DNA of 64,000 nucleotides from IMG/VR virus record IMGVR_UViG_3300022602_000036, positions 1 to 64,000 of that record; one strand, 5' to 3'. Shown one piece after another: positions 39,144 to 45,981 of the stretch. Position numbers and translations under genes: made by a program. The stretch's first letter is position 1. Each line of letters starts with the position of its first letter. The notes beneath the pieces were generated by a model that saw nothing but the letters and a program-made list of their open reading frames with translations, searched no databases and was not told the origin of the DNA. This DNA is from a virus.

Positions 39144-39172
39144 TTGACTTTAAGATAAATCTGTTGTATAAT
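39144..39172 (+). promoter_or_regulatory. Sigma70-type promoter
   Basis: TTGACT-17-TATAAT. Confidence 0.75.
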
Positions 39173-39201
39173 AGTTTAAATACTAACGTTTGGAGAAATA
39201 C

Positions 39202-39450
39202 ATGGACAACAAAACCTACAGTAAAGACTTAGATATTCAAAAGATTGAAAACAATGTAGGGGGTAGCCGTTTTGAATTGATATTAATTGCAGCTACACGA
39301 GCCCGTGAAATATCTAATATACGCAATATTGCTAATAGAAATAATCCAGCGTTGAAGTATGATACTAAAATTACCACAGAAGCATTAAAAGAAATTGAAG
39401 ATGGTAAAATAGGCCGCGAATACTTAATGAAAGTAGTCAAAGCAAGATAA
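39202..39450 (+). CDS. rpoZ: RNA polymerase omega subunit homolog
   Basis: SRFELILIAATRAREI...K.TTEALKEIEDGKI; GGAGA RBS before ATG 39202. Confidence 0.85.
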   Translation: MDNKTYSKDLDIQKIENNVGGSRFELILIAATRAREISNIRNIANRNNPALKYDTKITTEALKEIEDGKIGREYLMKVVKAR

Positions 39451-39471
39451 CTAATAAGCACAAGTTTCTGC

Positions 39472-39696
39472 ATGAAAACCCTGGCAGACCTAGCCGTTGG
39501 CCAAGTAGCAGTGATCAAAGCCTTAGCGTTTGATGATCTAGGTTACCATAAGCGACTATATGGTCTAGGACTGCGAGAGGGTAAAGAAATAAAAATTATT
39601 AGAAAGGGGTTGACAGGTAGCCCACTTCATGTTATAATAGGTACTACTGAATTAGCAATTCGTCAAAAAGAGGCGAAAAATATACATATATTTTAA
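39472..39696 (+). CDS. feoA: Ferrous iron transport protein A
   Basis: TLADL..GQ.AVI, RL..LGL..G, G.PL.V....ELAIR..EA. Confidence 0.85.
   Translation: MKTLADLAVGQVAVIKALAFDDLGYHKRLYGLGLREGKEIKIIRKGLTGSPLHVIIGTTELAIRQKEAKNIHIF
39610..39638 (+). promoter_or_regulatory. Consensus sigma70 promoter inside feoA
   Basis: TTGACA-17-TATAAT with TGn. Confidence 0.65.
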
Positions 39697-39733
39697 TTCG
39701 GTATAAATAAATTTATAAGAAATAAAAAAGAGG

Positions 39734-39762
39734 TTGACACAGTTTATATTAGACTGTATAAT
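39734..39762 (+). promoter_or_regulatory. Consensus sigma70 promoter of the tRNA array leader
   Basis: TTGACA-17-TATAAT with A-rich upstream tract. Confidence 0.85.
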
Positions 39763-39805
39763 AGTTTTTATAGTAACAAATTAATTAAAGGAAAGCGAAA
39801 GCAAA

Positions 39806-39958
39806 ATGTTTAACAACAAGCTACATCAATTTAGAGGATCGAAACAAGTGCAAGCACTCGTAACGATATCTTATTGGCTAGCGATTGAGACAACATTAGG
39901 CAATGATCGTGCACCGAATAGTATCGATGGGGTTCGAGAGGGATGGGATGGTTATTAA
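39806..39958 (+). CDS. Candidate 50-aa leader peptide (not in ORF track)
   Basis: MFNNKLHQFRGSKQVQALVTISYWLAIETTLGNDRAPNSIDGVREGWDGY, between promoter and terminator; AAGGA upstream. Confidence 0.55.
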   Translation: MFNNKLHQFRGSKQVQALVTISYWLAIETTLGNDRAPNSIDGVREGWDGY

Positions 39959-39984
39959 GTAAATAACAAAATCCAAAACTTTAA

Positions 39985-40024
39985 GAACCCTAGAACAGAA
40001 ATGTTACTAGGGTTTTTTGTTTTA
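39985..40024 (+). terminator. Rho-independent terminator, candidate attenuator
   Basis: AACCCTAG-AACA-gaaa-TGTT-a-CTAGGGTT followed by a T run. Confidence 0.85.
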
Positions 40025-40237
40025 TGTGTCAGGGAAACGAGGTCCAAGCAAGGCACATTAAAGATTGTATGTTAAACGGGCGGGACTAGAGGATGGATTA
40101 CCCTTGTGTGGGTAAAAAAATTCTAGTTATAATAAAACACATTGGACGAATATACTTGCTGGGGTCGTATAATGCGGCGCCTTCAATACCAAACACCAGT
40201 GTGCTTTATTATACGCATTCGCAAGAGTGTGTTTAAA

Positions 40238-40311
40238 CTCAGTGTGGTGTAGAGATAACATGCGTGGTTTGGGACCATGTGTCGAAGGTTTGATTCCTTC
40301 CACTGAGACCA
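40238..40311 (+). tRNA. tRNA-Pro(TGG)
   Basis: Cloverleaf with encoded CCA. Confidence 0.9.
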
Positions 40312-40317
40312 TTTAGC

Positions 40318-40401
40318 GGGTGATGAGCAGCATTGGCGACTGCAGCAGACTGTAAATCTGTGTCCTCTGGAAACTAGGTTCGACTCCTAGATCACCCACC
40401 A
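40318..40401 (+). tRNA. tRNA-Tyr(GTA)
   Basis: Cloverleaf, extended variable region, CCA. Confidence 0.9.
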
Positions 40402-40407
40402 AGTTAT

Positions 40408-40502
40408 GTCGCAGTTCCAGTTACATTAATCTCTCAGTTCAAAGCTGTTAGTGTGCAAAGGACACGAGAAAGTCAACTTCTTCTGGGTAGACTGTGACGC
40501 CA
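40408..40502 (+). ncRNA. tRNA-like RNA with acceptor stem and CCA but non-cloverleaf body
   Basis: GTCGCAGT/ACTGTGAC-G-CCA; internal stems; no T-loop. Confidence 0.6.
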
Positions 40503-40509
40503 AAATTTA

Positions 40510-40583
40510 GGGTCGTTAATTCAATGGGAGAATAGCTGGCTTTTAACCAGTCTACGACGGATCGTAACCGTCACGACTCACCA
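40510..40583 (+). tRNA. tRNA-Lys(TTT)
   Basis: Cloverleaf, atypical T-loop ATCGTAA, CCA. Confidence 0.88.
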
Positions 40584-40630
40584 AGTATTTTATAGATAGA
40601 GCTAAATAATAGTAATAAGGAGCTCTACCT

Positions 40631-41041
40631 ATGAAGTATTTTAATTGTTTATGTTGCGGAAAAGAAAATATCATTAAAGGCTATAGTTATACAGGAAAAT
40701 ATTGTAATAACAAATGTCAAGCAACACATCGCACAGCTAAATGGTTTGAAGATAATAAATTATTGTTTGAACAAGGTTTACTTAAGCATAGATCAGCAAT
40801 TAAAAAGTTTGTTAAATTAAGAGATGGTGAAATGTGTTCTATTTGCGGACAATCGCCAGAATATAATAACAAGCCGTTAGTTATGATTATAGATCATATT
40901 GATGGTGACGCAAGTAATAATATGCCGGATAATTTTAGATTAGTGTGTCCAAATTGCGACTCGCAGTTAGATACATATAAAGCACGAAATATAGGAAATG
41001 GTCGTGCTACTAAAGGTATGAAATGGTATAGTAGTTTATAA
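40631..41041 (+). CDS. HNH homing endonuclease
   Basis: CLCC..CNNKC, CSICG, IDHIDG..NN...N...VCPNCD. Confidence 0.88.
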   Translation: MKYFNCLCCGKENIIKGYSYTGKYCNNKCQATHRTAKWFEDNKLLFEQGLLKHRSAIKKFVKLRDGEMCSICGQSPEYNNKPLVMIIDHIDGDASNNMPDNFRLVCPNCDSQLDTYKARNIGNGRATKGMKWYSSL

Positions 41042-41043
41042 AT

Positions 41044-41119
41044 GCGGTATTAGCTCAATCGGGAGAGCACGGCACTGTCACTGCCGAGGTAAGGGGATCG
41101 AAACCCCTATATCGCGCCA
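41044..41119 (+). tRNA. tRNA-Asp(GTC)
   Basis: Cloverleaf, T-loop ATCGAAA, CCA. Confidence 0.9.
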
Positions 41120-41127
41120 AATAATTG

Positions 41128-41156
41128 TTGACAGCATTGTCTGTTAGCTATATAAT
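41128..41156 (+). promoter_or_regulatory. Consensus sigma70 promoter inside the tRNA array
   Basis: TTGACA-17-TATAAT. Confidence 0.8.
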
Positions 41157-41172
41157 GTTTATTAGAGTCATT

Positions 41173-41248
41173 GCTCCCATCGTCTAGAGGCCTAGGACAC
41201 CCGCCTTTCACGCAGGTAACACGAGTTCGAATCTCGTTGGGAGTACCA
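41173..41248 (+). tRNA. tRNA-Glu(TTC)
   Basis: Cloverleaf, CCA. Confidence 0.92.
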
Positions 41249-41261
41249 GTTTTAAAGTTAC

Positions 41262-41336
41262 GGGCTGTTGGTATACTTGGGAACACACCTGCCTTGCACG
41301 CAGGAGTACGGGGTTCGACTCCCCGACGGTCCACCA
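41262..41336 (+). tRNA. tRNA-Ala(TGC)
   Basis: Cloverleaf, G3:U70, CCA. Confidence 0.92.
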
Positions 41337-41344
41337 AATTAATT

Positions 41345-41419
41345 GCGCGGTTAGCTCAGCGGGAGAGCAGGGCCCTTACAAGGCCAAGGTCGAAAGTTCA
41401 ATCCTTTCACTGCGCACCA
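41345..41419 (+). tRNA. tRNA-Val(TAC)
   Basis: Cloverleaf, CCA. Confidence 0.9.
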
Positions 41420-41442
41420 AGTTAGTAGTAGTAAAGTTTTAT

Positions 41443-41518
41443 TCCGGTCAAGCAAACACGGTGTAGGCGGTGGACTGTTAATCCATGAAGGTTGGTTCGA
41501 TTCCAACGACCGGAGCCA
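41443..41518 (+). tRNA. tRNA-Asn(GTT)
   Basis: Cloverleaf, CCA. Confidence 0.9.
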
Positions 41519-41525
41519 TTTTTAT

Positions 41526-41599
41526 AGTCTGTTAGTTCAATGGGAGAACAGTCGACTGATAATCGACAAACACTGGATCGTAACCAGTACGGACTACCA
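41526..41599 (+). tRNA. tRNA-Ile(GAT)
   Basis: Cloverleaf, T-loop ATCGTAA, CCA. Confidence 0.88.
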
Positions 41600-41604
41600 A
41601 GTAT

Positions 41605-41785
41605 TCCAACCACATCGCGTTTAGGGTGAAGTAGGGCGTGCCAATAAAACCCTGTAAGATCAAAAATACCTACCAAGCAAGGAGGAATCACAGCGCAAGC
41701 TGAAGAACAATGTGGTGACTTGCTACCCGGGAGAAAGCTGTAACATTACGTATTCGAGGTTAGGAGAGTACAGCAAACCGCCCAC
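41605..41785 (+). ncRNA. Unassigned structured RNA with possible pseudoknots
   Basis: Several complementary segments, GCAA tetraloop, no credible ORF, flanked by tRNAs. Confidence 0.55.
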
Positions 41786-41792
41786 TTATTTT

Positions 41793-41882
41793 GGAAGCGT
41801 GGCAGAGCCTGGCTGATTGCACCTGTCTTGAAAACAGACAAGGGGAAACCCTTCGTGAGTTCGAATCTCACCGCTTCCGCCA
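41793..41882 (+). tRNA. tRNA-Ser(TGA)
   Basis: Class II cloverleaf, G73, CCA. Confidence 0.93.
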
Positions 41883-41893
41883 AATATTTTTAT

Positions 41894-41985
41894 CCTTCTG
41901 TAGTTCAATGGTAGAACGGCTCCCTTATAAGGAGTGAGTGCTAGATAAGCCGCTAATGGGGGTTCGAGTCCCTCCAGAAGGACCA
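41894..41985 (+). tRNA. tRNA with TAT (Ile) anticodon and long variable arm
   Basis: CCTTCTG/CAGAAGG acceptor, GCTCC-ctTATaa-GGAGT, about 22-nt variable region, CCA. Confidence 0.85.
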
Positions 41986-41987
41986 AT

Positions 41988-42061
41988 GCTCTTATAGTTA
42001 AGTGGCATAACGCATCCATGGTAAGGATGTATTCCAAGTTCGATTCTTGGTGAGAGCACCA
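41988..42061 (+). tRNA. tRNA-Thr(GGT)
   Basis: Cloverleaf, CCA. Confidence 0.9.
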
Positions 42062-42073
42062 AAAAAGTTTAAT

Positions 42074-42147
42074 TGGCTCATGGTGTAGTGGTAGCACAAC
42101 AGGTTTTGATCCTGTTAGTCCTAGTTCGATTCTAGGTGGGCCTGCCA
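42074..42147 (+). tRNA. tRNA-Gln(TTG)
   Basis: Cloverleaf with unpaired 1:72, CCA. Confidence 0.9.
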
Positions 42148-42160
42148 AATAAATAAAGAA

Positions 42161-42278
42161 CAGTCCGGAGCATGCGAGTCCTACGATAAGTAGGAGAAAA
42201 CTCCACTTATAGCTGGAATTTACCAGTGAACCCTATGGACGCATAGGGCTACGGGCATCCTGGGGGACAACTCCAACC
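42161..42278 (+). ncRNA. Unassigned compact structured RNA
   Basis: TCCTAC/GTAGGA, CTGG/CCAG and CCCTATG/CATAGGG hairpins; GTCC/GGAC closure. Confidence 0.55.
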
Positions 42279-42331
42279 TAATTAAAATGGTAGCACAGCA
42301 GTTTTGTATAAATAATATAGTGGAGATAAAA

Positions 42332-42934
42332 ATGTTCTATATTATATACAAGACTACAAATTTAATCGATAATAAAATTTATGTCGGATCGCACCAAACT
42401 AAAGAGTTGAATGACGATTACTTAGGGTCCGGAAAGTATCTTAAGCGTGCTATTTCTAAACACGGAAAGCAAAATTTTACTAAAGAGATTTTACATGTGT
42501 TTGACAATAAACAAGACATGTTTAATAAAGAACGCGAAATAGTAAATGAAGAATTTGTTAAGGATACAAATACATACAATTTCAAAATAGGCGGCTCGGG
42601 TGGTAATCCAGGCATTGTGGGTGCATTTTCTGGTAAAAAACATTCGCAAGAGTCGATTGAAAAAATAAGATTGTCTGCCCTTGCCCAAGGAACAACAGAT
42701 GAAAAAAGAAGAAAATGTTCTGTTAATAATTGGGCAAAACAAGACCCAGACGCATTTAGAAAACACGCATCACGCATAAACAAAGATATCCCTAAAACAG
42801 ATACACATAGAAATGCGCTAGCAAAGGCACAGCTAGGACGAAAGATGATGAACAATGGTACAGTATCTAGTTTTATTAAAGCTGATGATATAAATGAATA
42901 TTTAGAAAAAGGGTGGACACTAGGCCACCATTAA
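42332..42934 (+). CDS. GIY-YIG homing endonuclease (Seg-like) with NUMOD3 repeats
   Basis: IIYKTTN...KIYVGSH..YLGSG, YN...GG, GKKHSQES; GGAG RBS and TATAAATA before ATG 42332. Confidence 0.9.
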   Translation: MFYIIYKTTNLIDNKIYVGSHQTKELNDDYLGSGKYLKRAISKHGKQNFTKEILHVFDNKQDMFNKEREIVNEEFVKDTNTYNFKIGGSGGNPGIVGAFSGKKHSQESIEKIRLSALAQGTTDEKRRKCSVNNWAKQDPDAFRKHASRINKDIPKTDTHRNALAKAQLGRKMMNNGTVSSFIKADDINEYLEKGWTLGHH

Positions 42935-42942
42935 CAATCAAT

Positions 42943-43016
42943 TACCCCATAGTGTAACGGCAGCACGCGAAGCTCCAAACTTCTTAGTCGCGGTTCAAAT
43001 CCGTGTGGGGTAGCCA
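42943..43016 (+). tRNA. tRNA-Trp(CCA)
   Basis: Cloverleaf, CCA. Confidence 0.9.
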
Positions 43017-43023
43017 TTTTTAC

Positions 43024-43101
43024 GCAACGGTACCAGAGTGGCCTAATGGCGGGGACTGCAAATCCCTAAAGCCGCCGGTTCAAATCCGGCCCTGTGCTCC
43101 A
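43024..43101 (+). tRNA. tRNA-Cys(GCA)
   Basis: Cloverleaf, U73, CCA; two acceptor-stem mismatches. Confidence 0.8.
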
Positions 43102-43123
43102 AGAATAAATGTAAATATATACT

Positions 43124-43699
43124 ATGTTAACAATGGATTTTATTGACGGCTCATATCCAGATTTCATTCATCGATTAGATGATTTTTTGGAATTGGTCCC
43201 ATCTGGGCATGCTAAATGTTCTAAGAATGATATACTATTTTTATATTCAATCATCTATTCTAAAAAACCAGAAAATGTATTAGAAATAGGCCGTAGTTAT
43301 GGCACATCAACTTTGACTATATGTGGTGCTTTAACGGACAATAATAAAGGTAAATTATATTCAATTGATGTGGAAAACTTATTGCCAAAAGATATAGCAA
43401 ATATAATTGATAAAAGAACTCAATTGATTACTAATTCAAGTGAATACCTATTAGATGAAATCAATGATGTTAAATTTGGTGTTACATTCATTGATGGCGA
43501 TCATTCATACGAGATGGCCAAAAATGATATTATTAAATCCATGACACTATCAGAAGATGAAGCAATCATACTTTGTCATGATTCAGACATGTTAGGAGTA
43601 CAACAGGCTATCAACGAAGTCTGTGGTATGTATCCAACTAGCTTATTAAATTGTGGAGTATTTGGAGAAAAGATCCAAATGCTCATAGTCCGTAAATAA
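43124..43699 (+). CDS. Class I SAM-dependent methyltransferase (Methyltransf_24-like)
   Basis: VLEIGRSYGTS, FIDGDHSY, CHD. Confidence 0.88.
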   Translation: MLTMDFIDGSYPDFIHRLDDFLELVPSGHAKCSKNDILFLYSIIYSKKPENVLEIGRSYGTSTLTICGALTDNNKGKLYSIDVENLLPKDIANIIDKRTQLITNSSEYLLDEINDVKFGVTFIDGDHSYEMAKNDIIKSMTLSEDEAIILCHDSDMLGVQQAINEVCGMYPTSLLNCGVFGEKIQMLIVRK

Positions 43700-43707
43700 T
43701 CCAACAT

Positions 43708-43784
43708 AGCAATATAGCTCAGCTGGCCAGAGCAGATCCTTCATACGGATAAGGTCACTAGTTCGAATCTAGTTATTGCTACCA
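43708..43784 (+). tRNA. tRNA-Met(CAT), probably elongator
   Basis: Cloverleaf, paired 1:72, CCA. Confidence 0.85.
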
Positions 43785-43785
43785 T

Positions 43786-43863
43786 GCCTCCATAGCTCAT
43801 TTGGATTAGAGCATTTGGCTACGAACCAAAAGGTGGGGAGTTCGAATCTCTCTGGGGGCTCCA
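43786..43863 (+). tRNA. tRNA-Arg(ACG)
   Basis: Cloverleaf, CCA. Confidence 0.9.
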
Positions 43864-43871
43864 GTTTTAAT

Positions 43872-43945
43872 GCAGGATTAGTTTAATGGTAAAACGAAAC
43901 GTTGCCAACGTCTAGTCACGAGTTCGATTCTCGTATCCTGCTCCA
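43872..43945 (+). tRNA. tRNA-Gly(GCC)
   Basis: Cloverleaf, U73, CCA. Confidence 0.9.
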
Positions 43946-43947
43946 AT

Positions 43948-44022
43948 GGTGTCTATAATGTAGCGGTAACATTCAGGATTGTGATTCCTGCATCACGGGT
44001 TCGAACCCCGTTAGACACCCCA
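43948..44022 (+). tRNA. tRNA-His(GTG)
   Basis: Cloverleaf with G-1:C73, CCA. Confidence 0.92.
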
Positions 44023-44023
44023 C

Positions 44024-44052
44024 TTGACATTTTGATTAAATGACTGTATAAT
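44024..44052 (+). promoter_or_regulatory. Consensus sigma70 promoter giving a leaderless mRNA
   Basis: TTGACA-17-TATAAT-6nt-ATG 44059. Confidence 0.8.
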
Positions 44053-44058
44053 ACACAT

Positions 44059-44223
44059 ATGAAAAATAAAAATACATACACCAAGTTCCAAGAAGCAGAA
44101 GATGCTGAAACAGCCTATGCTATGGTATTATCTGGGCAGTGGACTGTTGAACGATTTGCTGAATGGCACGATCAGGTCAAACATATTGAATATATGTATG
44201 CCACAGCAGATGAGAGTTTCTGA
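44059..44223 (+). CDS. Small hypothetical protein (54 aa, not in ORF track)
   Basis: MKNKNTYTKFQEAEDAETAYAMVLSGQWTVERFAEW...; abuts next gene. Confidence 0.6.
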   Translation: MKNKNTYTKFQEAEDAETAYAMVLSGQWTVERFAEWHDQVKHIEYMYATADESF

Positions 44224-44481
44224 GTGACTGAAGAACAACAATTAGCCTGGGATATATTAAGCACACCTGACAATGCGGACTTTAAAGAGTACCGCAGAAT
44301 GCACTATGCAACATGGCTAACTAAAGAACGCAAGGTATTACTAATATCTGATATGGAAACAGGTTATATTATTAACTGTATTAACATGCTAGAAGCATTA
44401 GGACAAGAAACTACTTTAGCCTACGCAGGCTTAATTGATGAACTAGGAAGGCGAGGGCATGAATATGAAAACCAAATTTGA
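44224..44481 (+). CDS. Hypothetical protein
   Basis: W.TK....I.DM...YI.NC motif. Confidence 0.7.
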   Translation: MTEEQQLAWDILSTPDNADFKEYRRMHYATWLTKERKVLLISDMETGYIINCINMLEALGQETTLAYAGLIDELGRRGHEYENQI

Positions 44482-44812
44482 TTGGAATGGTCTAAGTGAT
44501 TTACCTGATGTAAGTCAAGAAGCACTTAAGAACTATTTCTTATATGCTCTACCACCAGGTAGTTTCTTAACCAGTTTGTTAAGTTGCGATCCGTGGACCG
44601 ATGTTATTGCACGTGCAGACCATTGGAACAAAACACGCTTAAAAGAATATTCACTATGGCTACAGGACTTTGCTCCGCCAGGTAGTTGGGGTAGCCAAGA
44701 TATTGTTGCTGATTGGTTGCGTAAAGGTTCTGCTTACGAACAGTTCCAAAAGTCTATGACTTGGGAAATACTACAAGCAAATGAATATGAATCAAAAGAC
44801 TATGACTTCTAA
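44459..44812 (+). CDS. Hypothetical protein
   Basis: PPGSFL..L...A.AD..N...P.GSWGS...V..W pattern seen in phage proteins. Confidence 0.7.
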   Translation: MNMKTKFDWNGLSDLPDVSQEALKNYFLYALPPGSFLTSLLSCDPWTDVIARADHWNKTRLKEYSLWLQDFAPPGSWGSQDIVADWLRKGSAYEQFQKSMTWEILQANEYESKDYDF

Positions 44813-44996
44813 GCAACAACCAAGTTGGGTTGAGACACGAGAAGCTCTTCGTACACATGTTGAGGAGCCTCCTGTGTTTGTAGGAGAAATGGGCGTCGCA
44901 GGAGTTATAGATGGTCTATTACCCAACGGTGAACCATATGGTTGGTATAAACGTCGTGGTACTAAAGATACCAAGTTCAAAGGCAGGAAAGTTTAA
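44781..44996 (+). CDS. Hypothetical protein
   Basis: IDGLLPNGEPYGWYKRR; start uncertain. Confidence 0.6.
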   Translation: MNMNQKTMTSKQQPSWVETREALRTHVEEPPVFVGEMGVAGVIDGLLPNGEPYGWYKRRGTKDTKFKGRKV

Positions 44997-45001
44997 ACTG
45001 A

Positions 45002-45196
45002 ATGAATAAGATTAATTTTAGTGTTAATGAGTTTCCAAAATTGTGTAAAGAATTTTATAGGCAAGACTATATTAATTGGATAACATTTTTGTCTGACCTA
45101 GGATATAAGTTTACCTGGCAACATTACGCCAGTAAACGAAAATATGTAGAAATGGACGAAGATGAATTTACTTTATTCTTGTTAAGGTGGGCATAA
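45002..45196 (+). CDS. Small FxLRW-family protein (outlying copy)
   Basis: C-terminus EDEFTLFLLRWA; junction GGTGGGCATAATGG identical to that at 19484. Confidence 0.75.
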   Translation: MNKINFSVNEFPKLCKEFYRQDYINWITFLSDLGYKFTWQHYASKRKYVEMDEDEFTLFLLRWA

Positions 45197-45579
45197 TGGA
45201 CTTTACAATTAACCCAGAGTATATGACTAGTGTGACTATTCATAAAGAATGGAATTCTTATACGAATAATGGTCGTGTGCCAACCAATGATGAACTGCTA
45301 TTAATCCTACAAGGTAAAGGTAAGTGTAGTAGCACAAGTTCAGAAGACCACCCAGAGTTTGCCCGTTTGCGTGAGCAGTTAGGCGAGCTAGGTTACATTC
45401 ATATCCAACGTGGTCAGTGGAATGGCGATAGAGTTCTAAAGCCGTTCAAACTTAACGGCAGAAAGTTCAAAGAGGGTGATCGGTTTAGCTGTGGTGCGGC
45501 AATGGGTACGCATCTTGCTGTCCGTGCTAAACACCCAGAATATTATAAGGATGAGTACGATGATGAAACCGTGGATTGA
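45196..45579 (+). CDS. Hypothetical protein
   Basis: TAATG coupling; DHPEF..LR..L...GYI...WNGDRV. Confidence 0.7.
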   Translation: MDFTINPEYMTSVTIHKEWNSYTNNGRVPTNDELLLILQGKGKCSSTSSEDHPEFARLREQLGELGYIHIQRGQWNGDRVLKPFKLNGRKFKEGDRFSCGAAMGTHLAVRAKHPEYYKDEYDDETVD

Positions 45580-45979
45580 AAATATTAGTCTTGATGATGT
45601 TCGCAAGGGATATCACTACGACCCAGGTTTCAACAGTATGCTGATCCAGATTGTAGATCCTGGTGTAGAGTTTCCAACGCCTAAACATCAGTTCCGTAAG
45701 ACCTATCAGTTCTACTTCCTAGACGTAGAAGACAATGAGCCTGACGGTTGTTTGTATGATGCAGCAATTACCAATGAAGATGCTAAAGGTATTGCTGAAG
45801 CATTACGTGAAGCATGGAATGAACATATGAATGTAGTGGTACACTGCCATATGGGTGTAGCACGCAGTGGTGCAGTAGCAGAAGTTGGCGTTATGATTGG
45901 GTTTAGAGATACAGAGAAATTTCGTATTCCTAACTTGATGGTCAAACACAAGCTAATGCACTATTTAGGTTTAGTTTAA
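45560..45979 (+). CDS. Cys-based protein-tyrosine/dual-specificity phosphatase-like protein
   Basis: VVHCHMGVARSG (HCx5R). Confidence 0.85.
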   Translation: MMKPWIENISLDDVRKGYHYDPGFNSMLIQIVDPGVEFPTPKHQFRKTYQFYFLDVEDNEPDGCLYDAAITNEDAKGIAEALREAWNEHMNVVVHCHMGVARSGAVAEVGVMIGFRDTEKFRIPNLMVKHKLMHYLGLV

Positions 45980-45981
45980 AT

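Noticed and set aside
40408-40502. tRNA-Sec or a suppressor tRNA
   Set aside because: TCA is not centred in a proper anticodon stem-loop, and there are no D or T arms
40127-42148. ORF-track entries 40127, 41107, 41171, 41422 and 41786
   Set aside because: Shadow frames over tRNA genes and structured RNA
42161-42934. Group I intron carrying the GIY-YIG gene
   Set aside because: No recognisable P7 core and no interrupted host gene; the flanking tRNAs are intact
43024-43101. Acceptor-stem mismatches in tRNA-Cys as evidence of RNA editing
   Set aside because: Two mismatches (an AC/CA transposition) fit drift or sequencing error equally well; no other support
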